Origin: Syntrophorhabdaceae bacterium
GTDB lineage: Bacteria > Desulfobacterota > Syntrophorhabdia > Syntrophorhabdales > Syntrophorhabdaceae
Reading direction: 5' to 3'
Length of the DNA: 64,000 nt
NCBI GenBank assembly: GCA_963665295.1
Contig: OY762209.1
Span: forward strand, 1,472,001-1,536,000
Shown: positions 62,840 to 64,000 of the stretch, piece by piece
Layout of the letters: each line of letters opens with the position of its first letter
Position numbering within the stretch: the stretch's first letter is position 1
Position numbers and translations under genes: made by a program
The notes under the pieces: generated by a model
The model's database searches: none
What the model saw: only the letters and a program-made list of their open reading frames with translations
What the model was told of the DNA's origin: nothing

Positions 62840-64000
62840 ATGAATTTTTTCAAACGCGTATTTTCGTTCGGCAAAGATGAGACTTATGATGAGGCCATGA
62901 ACCTCTTCAATAAGCACGAATATAAAGAGGCAATACAGAAGTTTGAAGAGATCCTGAAACGAAAGACTTCATCCACGAGCCTTCACCATAACCTTGCCCG
63001 CGTCTATTTGAGCCAGGCCCATCGGAACCTCGGCATCATTTCCTTCGCCATGGGAAACTTCTCCATAGCCCTCGGCGAGTTCCAGAAAGCGCTCCGGTTC
63101 AACCCCGATTACACCGAACTTTACCACTTTATCGGGGTGTGTCAGAATAACCTTGGGGATTTCGAGGGGGCCATAAGAAGCTTCAATATGCTCCTCGATG
63201 TGGAGCCGTCCAACCTGCCCACCAGGCTGAAGCTCGGTGTGGCCTTTCATAACCTCGGGATGTGGGATAAGGTTATTGCCCTTTACCAGAGGATACTGAA
63301 ACAGAACCCCGAATATGCCGATATCCATTACCGGCTGGGCCTCGCCTTTCTCGGCCAGGGTTCCATAACCGAGGCCGTGGACGCTTTCGCGAACGCCCTC
63401 GAGATCAACCCCAATTACCTCCAGGCCAGGGTCAAACTTTCCCTGAGCCATGCGTACCTTGGGAAGTATGAGGAAGCCCTGAACGACCTGACGGTGGTGG
63501 AGAAGAAATTTCCCGATTATGCGGACATACAGTATTATCTCGGGATCGTGTTCACGGGCCGGAACGAGACGGAAGAGGCGATAGCCCATTTCAGGCGCGC
63601 CCTGGAGATTAACCCCTCGTACAAGAGCGCAAAGGCGAAACTCGGTTTTCTTTACTGCCACCTGGGCAGGATAAAGGAAGGCATAAAGGAGCTTGAAGAG
63701 GCGCGGGCCATCGACCCGGCGGACGAGGACCTGAAGATGACCATCAATGTGCTGAAGACGGTAGGCGCGTCCAGGCCCGATGCGGAGGCGGCCTTTTCCG
63801 ATATTCTCAACAATGTCCTGGGAGGGGAAAGACAGATTGCCCAGACCATGCACGAGTTCATAAAACATATAGAGATAGGCCCTGATGTTTCGGAAATAGT
63901 CTCCATAATCATGCTTGTGTCCGAGGAGGACAGTTCCCTTTGTGAGGCCCTTGTGCCCCTCATAAACGAACATATCGCCACCCACACGGGATATCCCGAC
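62840..64000 (+). CDS. Tetratricopeptide repeat protein; runs off the right edge
   Basis: Absent from the ORF track (no stop). Hand translation gives MNFFKRVFSFGKDETYDEA..., with repeated units such as ALRFNPDY, NPEYADIHYRLG, ALEINPNY, ALEINPSY. Confidence 0.9.
   Translation, partial: MNFFKRVFSFGKDETYDEAMNLFNKHEYKEAIQKFEEILKRKTSSTSLHHNLARVYLSQAHRNLGIISFAMGNFSIALGEFQKALRFNPDYTELYHFIGVCQNNLGDFEGAIRSFNMLLDVEPSNLPTRLKLGVAFHNLGMWDKVIALYQRILKQNPEYADIHYRLGLAFLGQGSITEAVDAFANALEINPNYLQARVKLSLSHAYLGKYEEALNDLTVVEKKFPDYADIQYYLGIVFTGRNETEEAIAHFRRALEINPSYKSAKAKLGFLYCHLGRIKEGIKELEEARAIDPADEDLKMTINVLKTVGASRPDAEAAFSDILNNVLGGERQIAQTMHEFIKHIEIGPDVSEIVSIIMLVSEEDSSLCEALVPLINEHIATHTGYPD

Noticed and set aside
1..64000. 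tRNA, rRNA, integrase, transposase, prophage genes, or Sec/Pyl read-through
   Set aside because: None recognised by eye; genes appear complete without needing stop-codon recoding.

Overview
GC-rich bacterial chromosomal window, probably from an anaerobic deltaproteobacterium or Desulfobacterota member. That is an inference from gene content (sigma54 activator, B12 enzymes, PAS/HD-GYP proteins) and is not verified. In order it contains: (1) secreted repeat proteins, namely a beta-propeller/InlB-B-repeat protein running off the left edge, a Gly/Tyr/Arg repeat protein and a PIG-L deacetylase with three tandem modules, plus a stand-alone nucleotide-cyclase-like ORF; (2) a CzcCBA-type heavy-metal RND efflux operon preceded by a His-containing leader ORF whose C-terminal GLSPP codons can pair with the Shine-Dalgarno of the next gene; (3) a divergent two-subunit B12-dependent acyl-CoA mutase plus MeaB, with TetR-like operators; (4) a sigma54 promoter with IHF site and enhancer boxes in front of a 100-aa tandem-repeat microprotein, next to a GAF-AAA+ activator; (5) PAS/HD-GYP and histidine kinase genes, rlmN, a thioesterase, a ~600-bp imperfect palindrome, a methyltransferase and an aminotransferase; (6) a ~33-kb Wzx/Wzy-type surface polysaccharide locus. 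That locus has an SGNH/MBOAT pair, an L,D-transpeptidase, an ops-like element, Wza, a Wzc-LysM fusion, a degenerate BY-kinase, glycosyltransferases, GT-C enzymes, a polyprenyl-phospho-pentose module with a DUF362 gene, a GH9 enzyme, methyltransferases, a B12 radical SAM enzyme and a priming GT. A TPR protein runs off the right edge. No rRNA, tRNA, CRISPR array or transposase was seen. All calls come from reading motifs by eye; no database search was run.
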